From the NCBI GenBank assembly GCA_000708835.1, contig DF237317.1, positions 1-64,000 of the forward strand: a stretch of DNA of 64,000 nucleotides, in the 5' to 3' direction. The notes under the pieces are model-generated. The model was not told the DNA's origin, ran no database searches, and was given only the letters and a program-made list of their open reading frames with translations. Positions within the stretch are counted from its first letter, which is position 1; each line of letters begins with the position of its first letter. The position numbers and the translations under genes were made by a program. Source of the DNA: Klebsormidium nitens (lineage: Eukaryota; Plantae; Klebsormidiophyceae). Of the stretch, positions 52,220-64,000 are shown piece by piece.

Positions 52220-53701
52220 AGATACGGCTATGGAACAGGGCGGGTCATCACCAAGTGACCCTCCGCCAATGTAAATGTTGGGCAGTTGTACTTATGTTTA
52301 TAGAGTCCATCCGGAACGTCAAGCTGCAGCACCTGCTGCATTGCTTCCGGTTGAATGCAACTTCATGTTTGGAAGTTTGCGGGCACCTGCCGCGGCAGTC
52401 CCGCATTCCCGCCGTGCACAATTGAAGGCGGCACTGTGAGATTTGTGACGCCTCGGTGACCAATCCGGCCGGTTGTGAAAGGTGATACCATGTGAACAGA
52501 TTTGCGACATAACATGCTGGAAGGGGTCAGGCGCAGGGTAACGTGGTAAGAGGCCACTATGATATGGTGTAAGATCTCGTGACATCTGTGTAACTGAGCT
52601 GCCGCACGGTTGCACTCTTTATCATGGATCCTTATGTAAGGATTCGACCATATTCTACCGCCAACCATTGCGCAGGCTATGTCTTGGTCGCACGGCCAGC
52701 TCCTTGCAAGCTGTCTCTTGCAGCCGCATATGATTGTAAGGTCCCATGTGCCTTAACATTAATAATAGTTATATAGCTGATCTGCGGCATACAGCCGGAC
52801 AAGGCACAGGCTGCAGCACATCTATTTGCAACCGCGCGAAGTTCTGGCTCGCAGATCCGTTGTGCGCTTGACATCTATATATGTACGGTTAACGTTATCT
52901 TTTCATATCCCTTCAAGCATACGCGTCATATTGCAAAGTATTTTGACCATATTGCACATGCATGCAACACAACGCACATTGAGTCTCTGCATATGTGCAG
53001 ATTAAGTAATCCGGGCATCTTAATTGCACATGCATGCGACGTACGTTTCTCACTTGCGTGGCGTGCATGCGATCAAATTCTGGCAAGCCTTGCAGTGGCT
53101 GATTCTTGCTCACAGGAGCATACATAGAGTCATAACTTATAAGCATGCACTTCGACCGGCGGCTTCGATACACATTGCACGTGTGCAATTTTGTTTGAAG
53201 CTTGTTGACGGCAAGATTGTGTATCGATGATTACCATTGTAAAGCAGCGCTGAAAGCTCTGCATGCAGCGCATGACATACAAACATGATCGACGTGCCCG
53301 TGCCAACGAAGGGTAAAGACAAAACATTGCTGCAACACAAAAGCTTTCCGATCTTGACTTTGTGGGGCCTGCAGTGTCCATGTCTGCATTGGGCTTCCCG
53401 ATTCCACAGAGACCTTCCAACGCCCCCTGAAGTTAGTGCAGAGAGCGCACAAGGCCGAAAGATACAATAGACAACTACAGTCCTCGTACCCTGTTTCTCC
53501 ACCTCCCTATCAACCTTGGTAGAGCTGCCAATAAGGTGTCTCAAATATGATCTCGAGACGCCTCCGCGTAACCATTGCCGTACAAAGAATGATGTTTCTC
53601 AATGAACAAGTAAGACTCATCGGATAAGCCGCAGCACGCAAGAAACTCGCTATTCGCTAGGTAAGCTAGCATACCTCTGTCATAGCCGTGCACGCATACG
53701 G

Positions 53702-56700
53702 CTAGAACTCAAGCCTCAGGGTCGAGGATCCGGGTCGATTCGGAACGGTCACCGCAAGCTTGTAAATAGACTTGTCATATGAGAACGGCAGGCCTTCTCC
53801 ATCGAGAGTGCACACACGCGGCTCTGCTGAGCTGTACGCACCGAAGGAGCCTCCCCCAATCAGCGTTAGGTCCACAGAGGAGGTGCCACTGGGAGCCACC
53901 TTTTGAATCGCACCTCCAGAGTTGAACATGTCGGTCAACCCGATCGCCGCAAAGTCGGTTCCATTCAATCGCTGAACAGGGGCGATGGTAAAGACCTCGA
54001 ACTCCTTGGCGGGCAGAACAAAGGACTGGCTGTGGGTCGCATCAACACGAGCCAAGGAGCCTGCAATGAGAAACCGTCCGTACTTTCTCAGTCATGGTCT
54101 ACGCAGAAGGTCGCATACAAAGCCGCAGACGGGATGCTTTGGTCCAAAACTGCACGAGGTGAGCTGCAACTTACGTATCCGGCTTTCCTCACACCATGGC
54201 ACAATTGTGACGGGCAAGCCTGGCACGACCAGTGGCGCGCTCATCCGGCGGCGTGCCTCACCTGCTGTGTGGCTGAAGATGACGACGTCCCCGGTCCAGT
54301 GCTCCCCCGCCAGCTGCTCCAGCCCGGGGATGTCTGCCCCCGCCACGCCGCCCGCAACCGGCCCGGGTGCCGCGTCGTGCACCAACTGCACCTTGGCCGT
54401 CTCGCTCCACCCCGCGCCCTACACGGACACACGCGCAGTCAGCGAACGCGAGCCTCAAGCCGGGAGCACTGCAGGGTTCAACCACATCGAGCATCACAGT
54501 GCATGCTGCACGACATCCGGGACCAAGCAAACAACCCGCAGCCGCTCCCCCTTCGCTTTTAAGGGCTGTTGATCATCGACTCCGCACGACTCGCTCCCTG
54601 TGTCAGCACTGACCTGGCAGTTGAAGGCGCCCACGACGGCGGTCGTCGCGTTGACGTTCCAGATCTTGAGCGGCGTCTTCTGGTCGCGGCAGGGGTCCGC
54701 GAAGAGGCAGTCCAGCGTGGGCCGCCCGGGAAGCAGCGCGCGCAGCACGCGGCCGTCGGGGAGCACCAGCTTGCGCAGCACCGCGGGGTCGTGCTCGCCT
54801 GCACCAGCGGGGTACATTGGTCACAGCCGCACAGGGGGGCGGGGGCACAGGGATCAGCCGGAGGGAGCAGGAAAAGAGGAGGGTGCGACATCCGATAAGG
54901 CCGAAGCAGCACCTGAGCTTCAACGCAGCGCCAGCTGGAAATGGAGAGGGCACGCGTACCAGGGTGATCTGACACGTAGACGGCGCAGCCGCCGACGGCG
55001 CGCGCTGCGGCATGATAGAAGGCCATGGGGTGGCGCGACTGGAACATGTCCCAGTCGACCACGAAGAGCTCGCCCATGAACAGGCTGTTGTATGCGCATG
55101 AGGCCACGTGGATGGTGTGGCTCGCGGGGTCCTGCAGCATCACAGCGCCCAGTGTGAACAAGGCCGCAACTTGGACATGCTCCTGGTCATCAACGCAGCA
55201 GGACCACGCAAAAAAGCTTGGCCAGAAGTGTCGGTGGTCAGAGGTGGCTTCAATCCAGTCGGATACTCTCGGCTTGAGGACGTCAGTAACTTGTTCTTCA
55301 AACAGTGAGCTCTTGTGACGGTGACTCACGCGAGGCCAGAAGTCGTCAGATGCGCGGACCGAGTTGATGGTGCGCGTGTGGAACATGGCGTCGTTGCCGT
55401 GGCTCATGCACGAGATGGCGTCGTTGTCCGGGAAGTGCGCCGCCACCGAGTCGCTGAAGCCCTTCTGGTACGCGACCTGGATGGCCACCCGCCCGCCGAA
55501 GGCCTGCCCCACCGTCTCCACCGCGCTCTGCACGTCCACCTTGACGCCGTCCGCGCCCGCAGCCGCCAGGTACGCGTGCTGGTCCGAAAAGTACTGGCCC
55601 ACCTGGGCGGGGTCCATCACGCCCACCGCATACGCTTTCATGTCCTGGCCAGAAAAGAGGCAGTCGCAGGCTTAATTCTCGAAATCGTTGGCAGAAACAC
55701 CTTGCAATCCCAAAACCGAGGAAACAGGGAATCTGGAACGACCAGAATCGAGAAATGAGGAGCTGGGCAGTACTTCCAATGCTGATTCTGATGGTGAGCA
55801 ACGTCGCCAATCATATGGAGATGCCAAACTGTTTTTCGCCGTCTTTACCTCGAGTGCTGCGTCCGGCTGGTTGCAGCGGACGCCCGCGGTCACCACTGGT
55901 GCCTGCAGGGTCGATCCGTACAGGCCTGGCCGCACGCCACCCCCTGCACACAGACACGCGCGCAGCGTCTCGAGGCAGCGGTCGTATGGAGGGCTTGAGG
56001 AACGGAGATACGTTAAAAATTGGGGCACGTCGCTCAATGGTGTAAAGGTTTGCGTCGTTACTGTACTGGAGAGCACTTGTCCTGACGACGTCAGTATCTT
56101 TTCCAGCGCTCAAAGAGTCCAGACGAAAGGCAAACAACTGTTGCTTGCGCAAGCACGACCAGAACCAGGTTCGTTGAAGCGCGGCTCACAGTAGCCCCCC
56201 AGCGCGTGCCACATGAGGACCTTCTTGACCCCGAGCTCCGCTTTCAGCTTGTGGATGAACGCCTTGAGGCTCTCCGGCCTGGCAGGATCCCCCGCAGCAT
56301 CGCCGGCCTCCCTCTGGAACTTGCCGTTCTCCTGGATGCGAACCAGCCGCGTGCTTGATCTGCGCACCACAGACAGGCCCACCAGGTACCAGTCAGGCGG
56401 GTCTCCCGGGTTTTGCATTCACAGTCTGAACTCCCGAGGACACAAAGTCCTGTTTCAATGAGCCACCAGCCTTCCCTCAAAGCAAATCAGACACTACCGG
56501 AGCAGGCCCTCGCTCTCACATCCAACTAGGTCGAAAGACATAGGTTTTCGACGACGACAATCTTCGATCAAGAGAAACAATACAGAAAGTGCAACAGCTT
56601 CATGTGCAAGGTATGAGCAAAGTCTCAGGCAGAGCGGTGCCCCTCTGATATCCCGTGTCCTTTGTTACGACCTTGAGAGTTGGGTGGGGTCGGCCTCACT

Positions 56701-59632
56701 GTGTGCCGAGCTTGGGGTCCAGCTGCAGGGTGTCTTCCCCATCGGCGGCCACCGACTGCCACCCATCGTCAATGATGAGGAAGCCGGGAGGGGCGCCAGC
56801 CTCATGCAAACTGCACGCGCAGGAGCAAACATGAGGAACGCATGTAGCAAGCGGGGGAGCCGGAGTGCTGTGGCCCTGTGAAGATTGCATCAAGAGCAGT
56901 GATATCGACTTCGTACTCTGGCAATAAGTAAGGTACAGTCGCAGGATGTGGCCGGGTCAGCGACCAGTCCTTCCATCTGCAAAAGATGACATGGTTGGAG
57001 AGTGCAATTAAAGAAAAGGAGACACAGCATCGCCTGAGTTGCTCCACCCGTTTGTCAACAGGCCTCACCTCTTGAGGCCCTGCTCAATGCCTGCAGCATT
57101 GACCTGGGTGTAGAAAGCGTCTGCACCACAACCAGCAAAGTCAGCCAAGGCCGGCACAGGCACTGCAATTGGCCAAATTGGATCATATGCTACCAACCGT
57201 GGACTTCTGACCTTGAACCACAACAACACGACAAAAGCTCGCAATCCTTTTCGACTTATTGCTGGATGATTGCGCGATTTCCGACGAACGTACTTCAGAA
57301 GCAACACATTGCGCTACTTATTTTGTTGTTGCCGCAGGAACTTCGCCCGCCAGCTCCCAAGCCAGGCGAAGGTCATGACAGCCCTGGCAACCATGTGTCT
57401 GCCTAAGCTCGCTTACCCCATGTGCACCACCCAAAGTGAGACAGCATCCCCGGAATCTGCAAAGAAAGCCAAGAGATGAAAGTGAGGGGAGGACTGCTCA
57501 CGGGCAGAAATGATGTCAAGATAACCTGCAGATTCAACAAACTGCTGAGTATCGATTGGCAAGATGAGTTTGCCCTTACCGCATGCGGCCATCAAAGGTT
57601 CCTACTTCAACTTTAACACTTGAAAACCTGCTCTGTTGACCACTACTTAGAGCAATTGGTGAGGCCTTCACATGGCTCGAGCTTCACAGCCAAGTCTCCA
57701 CAAGGGTCAGTGGCAGATCAAATCACCTTCTTCTGCGTCCTGGTCTGGAATGTCTGCAGGTGCTCTCTAACCGCCTCCACGCTCTTCTCAATGGCAACAT
57801 ATGGGTCTGAGTCAGAGCCGGCATATGCAATAGCCTTGAAAGTGGACTTGGTCACCACCGTGCTCCCTGCAGGAGATACAAAATGAGTTTGGGTGCCAAA
57901 ACGCTGGACAAGAATGATTGCCACCCGTTCTTGTTGGCTCAGCACAACAGAGCCACGCAGACACGTCAGCAGCTTTTGCTGCCTTTTTACTTCTTTACTC
58001 TTCCTCAAACTGCCGCTAAAGCTCTCAGGCACTTGAAAGGAGTTGGAGCCTACATTTGCAGCTCGAAATGAAGCTCACCAGACTCGACGACCAGCTGCAG
58101 CCTGTTGTTGCCACCACCCTGGAGACATGCTCGGAATGGACCCTCCACAATTGGCAGGATTACAGCATAAGATGGCTTCTTATTCAAGCTCCCATTGCTG
58201 TCATCTGCCTTCAACTCTAGAAGAAGAAACTGCGTCTCGGCAGCCACATGATCACCACTGTCTGCAATCCTTTGGCACTGCATGACACACCAAATGAGTA
58301 AGACCGCAGGAGGCGTGAAGGTGGAAGTGTCATCGAAACAGAGATTGCAAGATGTCCATGTAAGAAGTCGTACTCCAAACCCAAAGCGCCTGAGGATGAG
58401 AAACTGCATTTCCGAGGTGCATAGCACCTTAAGAAGTTTCTCGCATCTTCATCATTGATTGGGGAACCAGCCTAACAAAATCTACAAAAGTGAGACATTG
58501 ACAGTAGAATTTGCAAAGATCATGCTATTTCAAAGCAGCTCTTGCTATTGAGTTCAAAAATTACAACCAGCACGCTCATGCCATCTCTTAGTTGATTCTG
58601 CCAATGACGCCTATAAGGCTTTTATAACACGCGCAATGAGGCGCCGCCAGCCTTTTATCTCGCACGCAATGAAGCTTCTAATCTGGACTTGCTTGTTGTT
58701 GTATTGTTATCCATTTCATTCTGCCCGTATGCTTGACGCCATCTTGCATCAGTACCACCATTTAAGATAAACAAGCAGGTGTCAAGGATTTCTGCAGTGT
58801 GATCTTCGCCCGCATAGACAAGTCATCCTAGCACAGAGGAGAGGTGGCATACCTGCCACCACAGCTTGAATCGAAACGAGGAAACAAATCGTGTGGCCCT
58901 GCAGCATAAGGCCAGATAAAGTATGAATGTGCTCCAAGCAGAGAACAAGCATGTTGAAACTTGCTCTCCACAAGTCTTCACATTTACATTGGGGGTTGAT
59001 ATCTTGAGACCAGCAAGAATTTGTCAGAATCTCAGAACCTTTGCTGGAAACCTCTCCTCGAGGAATGTGTAATTGACAACGCTTGAAATGCATCACAGGC
59101 TCCATTTGAGATGATGGTCAATATAGGCAGTTCCGCAATTCGTATCAACCAGCTGGCTCAGCTTGAGAAATTGCTCTCCACAACTGAAGGAGTCAAAAAC
59201 TCAAAATCCTTACGTCAAGGTACCGAGGTCAAATGTATGAGCTGAATCCGCCTGGCTGGCAGAGGCTCCAATGAAGGCTCCTGAGGTGGTGGTTGCCGGA
59301 GAGATAGTCACGTTAGGTGCAATCTCTGATAACAAGGTCCTTCCGCCAACAAGAAGAGAGCGGTCGCTCAATTCCACGCTGTTCTCCATTTTCTGTCCAA
59401 CTTGCTTGATCGGAGATGACACCGCTGCCTGGCAGTCGACCTTGCAGGGTCTATTGAGGCGCGGGTTTGAGCGTAGTCTGCGGATATCCGAGCTGGCCGC
59501 CAAAGCAAGGGGCGTTTGCTGATGCAGCAGGGGACAAGGTAACAAAAAGGTGGAAGAAAGCTGAAGAGAGCGACCAAAAGACTTGGTGGTCAAAAGCAGA
59601 CCTTGGCAATTGCGAATCACGATTTGTGACAT
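53702..59632 (-). CDS. SIP: Seed-imbibition-protein type alkaline alpha-galactosidase / raffinose-synthase family (GH36), 14 exons, ~819 aa with putative plastid transit peptide
   Basis: Exons 59632-59214, 58898-58853, 58277-58079, 57866-57727, 57456-57417, 57120-57069, 56810-56700, 56359-56190, 55943-55849, 55644-55330, 55131-54960, 54798-54614, 54418-54262, 54060-53702. Motifs [85 protein letters not shown] is SIP/AGA-like rather than RafS-like. Confidence 0.94.
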
Positions 59633-60287
59633 GACGAGGGAGGTGGTAGCTTCCCACAATCAACAAACTGAACAAGGTGACAAGCGCAGCGCGGCTTGCA
59701 CAGAACAGGCTAGGGAGGCCAGGTATAAACAACCTTCAGGTTTCATTGTCAATGGGAATCAAAAACAACCTCTTCAACGATTATGGTGCTCAATGCTCAT
59801 GCCAACGGGTGGTAGGTACCTATCGACACCCGTACCATGATTACGTATCATTATGGGACACAACTCGCCTTCGTTGGATCAATGCAGTGCTGCTGGCAAA
59901 CACACGCCGTTGATGAGCCCTGCTGGTGTTTCCTGACGGTTGCGATCACCGGAGAGTGGCATTTATTCTGATTTTAACGTCGACGTGCATGCATTCAAAT
60001 CTTGCCCAATCCGTCCTCAGTGCTCACCTTCAACAATTGGCTGCAGACCGTGTGCCTCGCTCTAGTTCTTGCAGAGTGAAGTCAGAAGGAGCCAGAGTCT
60101 AGGATTTAGAATCTTCTGGAGAACCGCAAGTCGCTTGCCTTTGCAGCAGTTTTTGCCACTTCCTCGCACCATTTTTCCTGAATGTCACATTGTCATTCTT
60201 CTTACTGTAGACAGTCAAATCCACGGTGTCTTTTAGCGTGACTTGATATCTTGTGAGAGATTCTTTGCGCCGCAGAAGAGTTGCACA

Positions 60288-62384
60288 ATGTCGTCCATGA
60301 CCATGTCGCGATCAGTAGCGCTCAGTGGACCAAGCGCCTGTGCGGCAGCAGACCTGAGGGCCTCTAGCTTGAGCAGTAAGTCCTACAATGCCAGCGCTCA
60401 AGTACCAGTGCTCAAGTCCTTTGAAGGTCAACAGATGCAAAGAGGACGATATGGGGATTGCCACATTGCAAGGGACTTGCAGTGTTTTCGCCGTTCGGGA
60501 TGATATACCAACAAAAATGTTTCTTTGATGTGTAGGTAATTTGGCAACCACTCCGAGCCCTGTTGGCCAGAGGTTGCCTATGTTGGGGTTCTCGGGTAGC
60601 AAGCAGAATTGTTCAAGGAGAGCCTGTCGAGTGGTGTCTGTTCGGGCGCTCACCAACAATGAGGTTGATATCGAGAAGGTGAGTGGTACAGACAGCGCCA
60701 GAGTGTTTCACTTGGTAATGGTGCATGGTAGATATCGTCCGTGCACAACCTGGGCGCTGCAGTCAAGATGGCTAGACTGCCATCTGCTCTTGATGCACGT
60801 GGTGGTAGACTCACCAAGGTCGTGGATATCACATCCTTGATGCATTGTGAATCCTGGCTAGCCTTTCCTACTTTGTTCTACACTGATGCCCTGGCCAATC
60901 GAAGGATTGGGAAACAAACGGGCAGCAGTCTAGAATCTGCAGCCCTTTCAAGTTTCCACGGTTTTTTGGGATTTTCAGTAGTTTGTTGTATTCTGTCTGC
61001 CGTTCTTTTACGAGTGAAAAACTTTGTTGTGCTGCAGGTTCAGCCAATGGGTGATCGATTGTTTGTCCGTGTTGATGACGCACCACAGGTGAGTCTGCAC
61101 TCGTCTGTCAACGGGAGGAAGCTTCGATGGACGCATTAGGAGCACCATAATTGAGTTACCTCATCTATGCACGCATGCCGTTCATAAAGTTTCGATTTGT
61201 ATGCCTTAAGTCCAAGACCTGTATATCTAGCGTACTGAAGATTTGACTGGAGACAATTATTAACATGGGATTCGAGCTACTTCTACAACTCATCTGAATC
61301 GGCCAAGGCTAAACACGTGATGGTGGGGGTAATTCTGGGGGCTTAGAGTCTACCTTCTTCTACCGCAAGTTCGTCAGATGCAGTGCACGTCAAGATGTAG
61401 AGATGTGAGTCTTGGATGGAAACAAGCGGACCGCCAGGGTCTTCCGATGTGTCTTTTTGTGGGCCGACACCCAAGCCTGGATGATCTGACAATTAGGGAT
61501 AAGCAACATCGTTGTCAACATTGCGGTGCAATGTTCTTCCAGGCCACAGCAGGAGGCATTCTGCTTCCAAAGTCATCAACGTCAAGCGAAAAGTTTCTTC
61601 TGGGGGAGGTGAGGTTACACGCACTTGAGAGCTTAGAACAGGATGGAGAGAAGCGGGTATTTAGTTTCCCAGCCATAGTCATGGCTGAGTTTGTACCGAG
61701 TTATATTGTGAAATTTGGTCGCTTACAATTTTGTTGCATGAGTGGTCACGGTCATAATATTTGGCATCAGGTGCCTTGATTCTGATCGCATGCCCTTTTT
61801 GACTGGCCGCTGGATCATACGTTCGCTGTCAGCATTGAGCACTCCATGCGGAGGGCGTCGCAGCGCACGAATTCTTGGCCTGTACAAGTTTCGAGGATAT
61901 CTCAGTTCCTCAACTTTGGGAAGCACGGTGGGTTCTGATGCACCCAGTTTGGTCAGTAGTAACCCGCTCATGTTTCGATCTGTGTCTTTACTTTCTTTAT
62001 ATGTACATCGTGTAGGTGTTGGCAGTGGGCAAGGAAGCTAGCGGGGCATATAGCAAGGGGCAACGAGTGCTCTTCACGGATCTGCATACACAAGAGGTTG
62101 GTTGCCCCCATGGCCTTGCCTTCGACCGCTAATCTTCTGCCAACTGCACCGCCCAGTACTTTACCTTGTAAACGAGCTAGTTTCAAGCCGCGACTAATTT
62201 CATATGTTGCAATGAAGATTCGAGCAACTGTTGCAGACCTGACCTGAACCTTGGGGGCGTGTGATGTTCTTCAAATCGGGCAGTCAATATCAATTTTTGT
62301 CTTCTCTCGCAGGTTAACCTGGGCTCGCGGAAGGATAAGCTTGCCTTTGTCAAAGCTAAGGACCTCTTGGGAGTCGTCGAATAG
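60288..62384 (+). CDS. CPN10: Plastid co-chaperonin CPN10 (single GroES domain) with transit peptide, 6 exons, ~166 aa
   Basis: Exons 60288-60375, 60536-60678, 61038-61088, 61543-61608, 62016-62096, 62313-62384. S/A/R-rich N-terminus, then VQPMGDRLFV, TAGGILLP, GEVLAVG, GQRVLFTD, AFVKAKDLLGVVE. Confidence 0.9.
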
Positions 62385-63869
62385 GTGCAGTCGTTTTATA
62401 TGTAGGGACACTTTTTGGTTGTTTGAATATCGGACTTGCAAACAAAGAAACTTAAAATTTCTTGCGGCTCCCAGCTGGCCCATCATTTCTCGGCCGCTCA
62501 GGGTAAAAACATCTATATGGAAACCAGGTGTCGACCTGCTCCGCTTCTTGTTTGAAGAAATGGATCCATTCTGAACATAGGTACACTTACCAAGAGACCA
62601 GGAGCATTGAGAATCTTGGGACAGTTAACCACGACACGAGATCGAAGCATTGCCAAATATTTGAGTCAGAATCAGTTGATCGAAACCCGCAATTGTACCC
62701 ACGGTCTGTTTGTTTACAGATCAAAATCTCAAACAACCAAAGGATGGCCGAAACTCAAGATGTACATCTGCAGAAGTATCTCAAGCTATCAATCATAAAT
62801 CGAAAGAAGCGATGCTTACAAGCGATCTGGTCGATAACCAATTGAGGTGCACCAGAACCCGAAGCTGGTGAATGTCGATTTCATGATGCTTCTAAGTTTT
62901 CCATCAGCACGTTCTGCATGGCAGAGCGTCATTAGTATACAGTTGACGTTTCAGATCTAAGCGTCACTTGCATGGTTCCTGTCTATGTCGTGGACTATAT
63001 TTGAACAGCCTTATAGACCTGCAACTGGATCCCCGGCGCATTTAGTTACTAGTGATGCATATAATGTTGAGCAGAGCCAGTGTGAGATATCGAGTGACTG
63101 GGCGCGGCCGACATTGCTTTGCGCCAGCCTACATAGATGATTAAATGCCAAACCAGCGCGCTTAGAGCTCAGCTGGTCAATTGTAGTGCACATACCATCA
63201 TTGATGCAGAGCTGTAATGCATCGGATAGTGCTTCTATGACTCGATATCGAGGCCACTTCTATGACTTGGTTTCGAGGCCAGGATCGAAACACAATTGTT
63301 TTTCGAAATATACAATGATGAAAAGCTATGCTTGGCAAAACCTGCTCACCGTCACTGCTGCGCACCTAAATGGAAGCTACATGTGAGCATGAGGCTTTCC
63401 GCAAGTCTCCCCTGCAAACTCTTTTGCATTAACAACTACTACTATGATACAGAGCCGGAATCTGCCCATGCCGACCTTGACTCTAAAACGACCCCCTAAT
63501 CTAGGCAAACAACTGCAAGTCGCCCGTTTCAGCCAACTGTACACTGCACTGTCTTTGTCGTGACCACTGCTTGAACGACTCAATACAACAAGGAACCAGG
63601 TCAAAATCAACTCTTCAGCTCACCTTCAATACAGACTTGGATTGCGCCTGGACATCAATCGACGACTAAAGTGAGCTACTCTTAGTGCGGTGCATCTTGA
63701 TCAGGGTGCATTTCACCAAAGACTAAGCTGAACTACTTCGACCATGAATGTTCAACCTTGCTTCCGGCATGATGGATTCGTACTAATGTTCAATCCATCT
63801 GCAATGTGGTGGCCCCCCCAGGGCCCAACGTGCGCCGCCCCCAGTACGGCCAACTTGTACCCCATCTGC

Positions 63870-63998
63870 CTATTCCCTGCCCTCTCTCTCCTCCCTGGAG
63901 ACCACCCGGCAGACCTGCACCAACTCGCTGTCCCCATCGGAAAGGTCGTCGCATCTCTCCTCAATCCAGCACTGCACATGCTCCAGGAAGGTCTTGTT
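63870..63998 (-). CDS. Probable last-exon fragment of a gene continuing beyond the window, possibly an alpha/beta-hydrolase
   Basis: Open frame from the window edge: NKTFLEHVQCWIEERCDDLSDGDSELVQVCRVVSREEREGRE*. Exon-like GC content, and FLEHVQCWIEER resembles a hydrolase C-terminal helix. Family assignment is weak. Confidence 0.35.
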   Translation of the reverse strand, partial: NKTFLEHVQCWIEERCDDLSDGDSELVQVCRVVSREEREGRE

Positions 63999-64000
63999 CC

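Noticed and set aside
3817-52280. TGTAA (chlorophyte poly(A) signal) after several stops (~4016, ~8544, ~39363, ~52270)
   Set aside because: Absent after several other genes, and a 5-mer is common by chance.
57121-57165. Apparent loss of the GH36 FGWCTW motif (reads [13 protein letters not shown])
   Set aside because: That stretch is intronic; a 40-nt exon at 57456-57417 supplies [13 protein letters not shown].
1-64000. CRISPR arrays, rRNA/tRNA/snoRNA genes, U12 (AT-AC) introns, transposase or viral ORFs
   Set aside because: None recognised by eye, and all modelled introns are GT-AG or GC-AG. tRNAscan-SE/Infernal would be needed to exclude small RNAs.

Overview
Eukaryotic nuclear DNA from a compact, intron-rich green-plant genome. 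Plant-type DGAT2, SIP, CHY1 and plastid CPN10 plus GC-rich exons and (T)GCAG acceptors suggest a streptophyte alga such as Klebsormidium; this is inference. By hand-splicing I reconstructed 13 genes: DGAT2(+), a WWE-like/PARP-like ADP-ribosyltransferase with a 1-nt frameshift(+), a Rubisco-LSMT-type SET protein(-), ISD11/LYRM4(+), organellar TrmB(+), an SRPBCC/polyketide-cyclase protein(-), a UGT80-like sterol glucosyltransferase(+), WDR83/MORG1(-), TMEM8/PGAP6-like(+), CHY1/HIBCH(-), WDR48(+), a SIP alkaline alpha-galactosidase(-) and plastid CPN10(+). A probable last exon of another gene lies at the right edge. A MITE-like element (55-bp TIRs, 7-bp TSD) spans a 700-N assembly gap. Best candidate for a new system: intronless ISD11 ends 13 nt before the TrmB reading frame, suggesting a bicistronic nuclear mRNA. 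Other highlights: strictly alternating gene orientation, an atypical ART, probable dual mitochondrion/peroxisome targeting of CHY1, and two GC-AG introns plus a B-box-like tail in the sterol glucosyltransferase. All exon coordinates were derived by eye; no database search was run.
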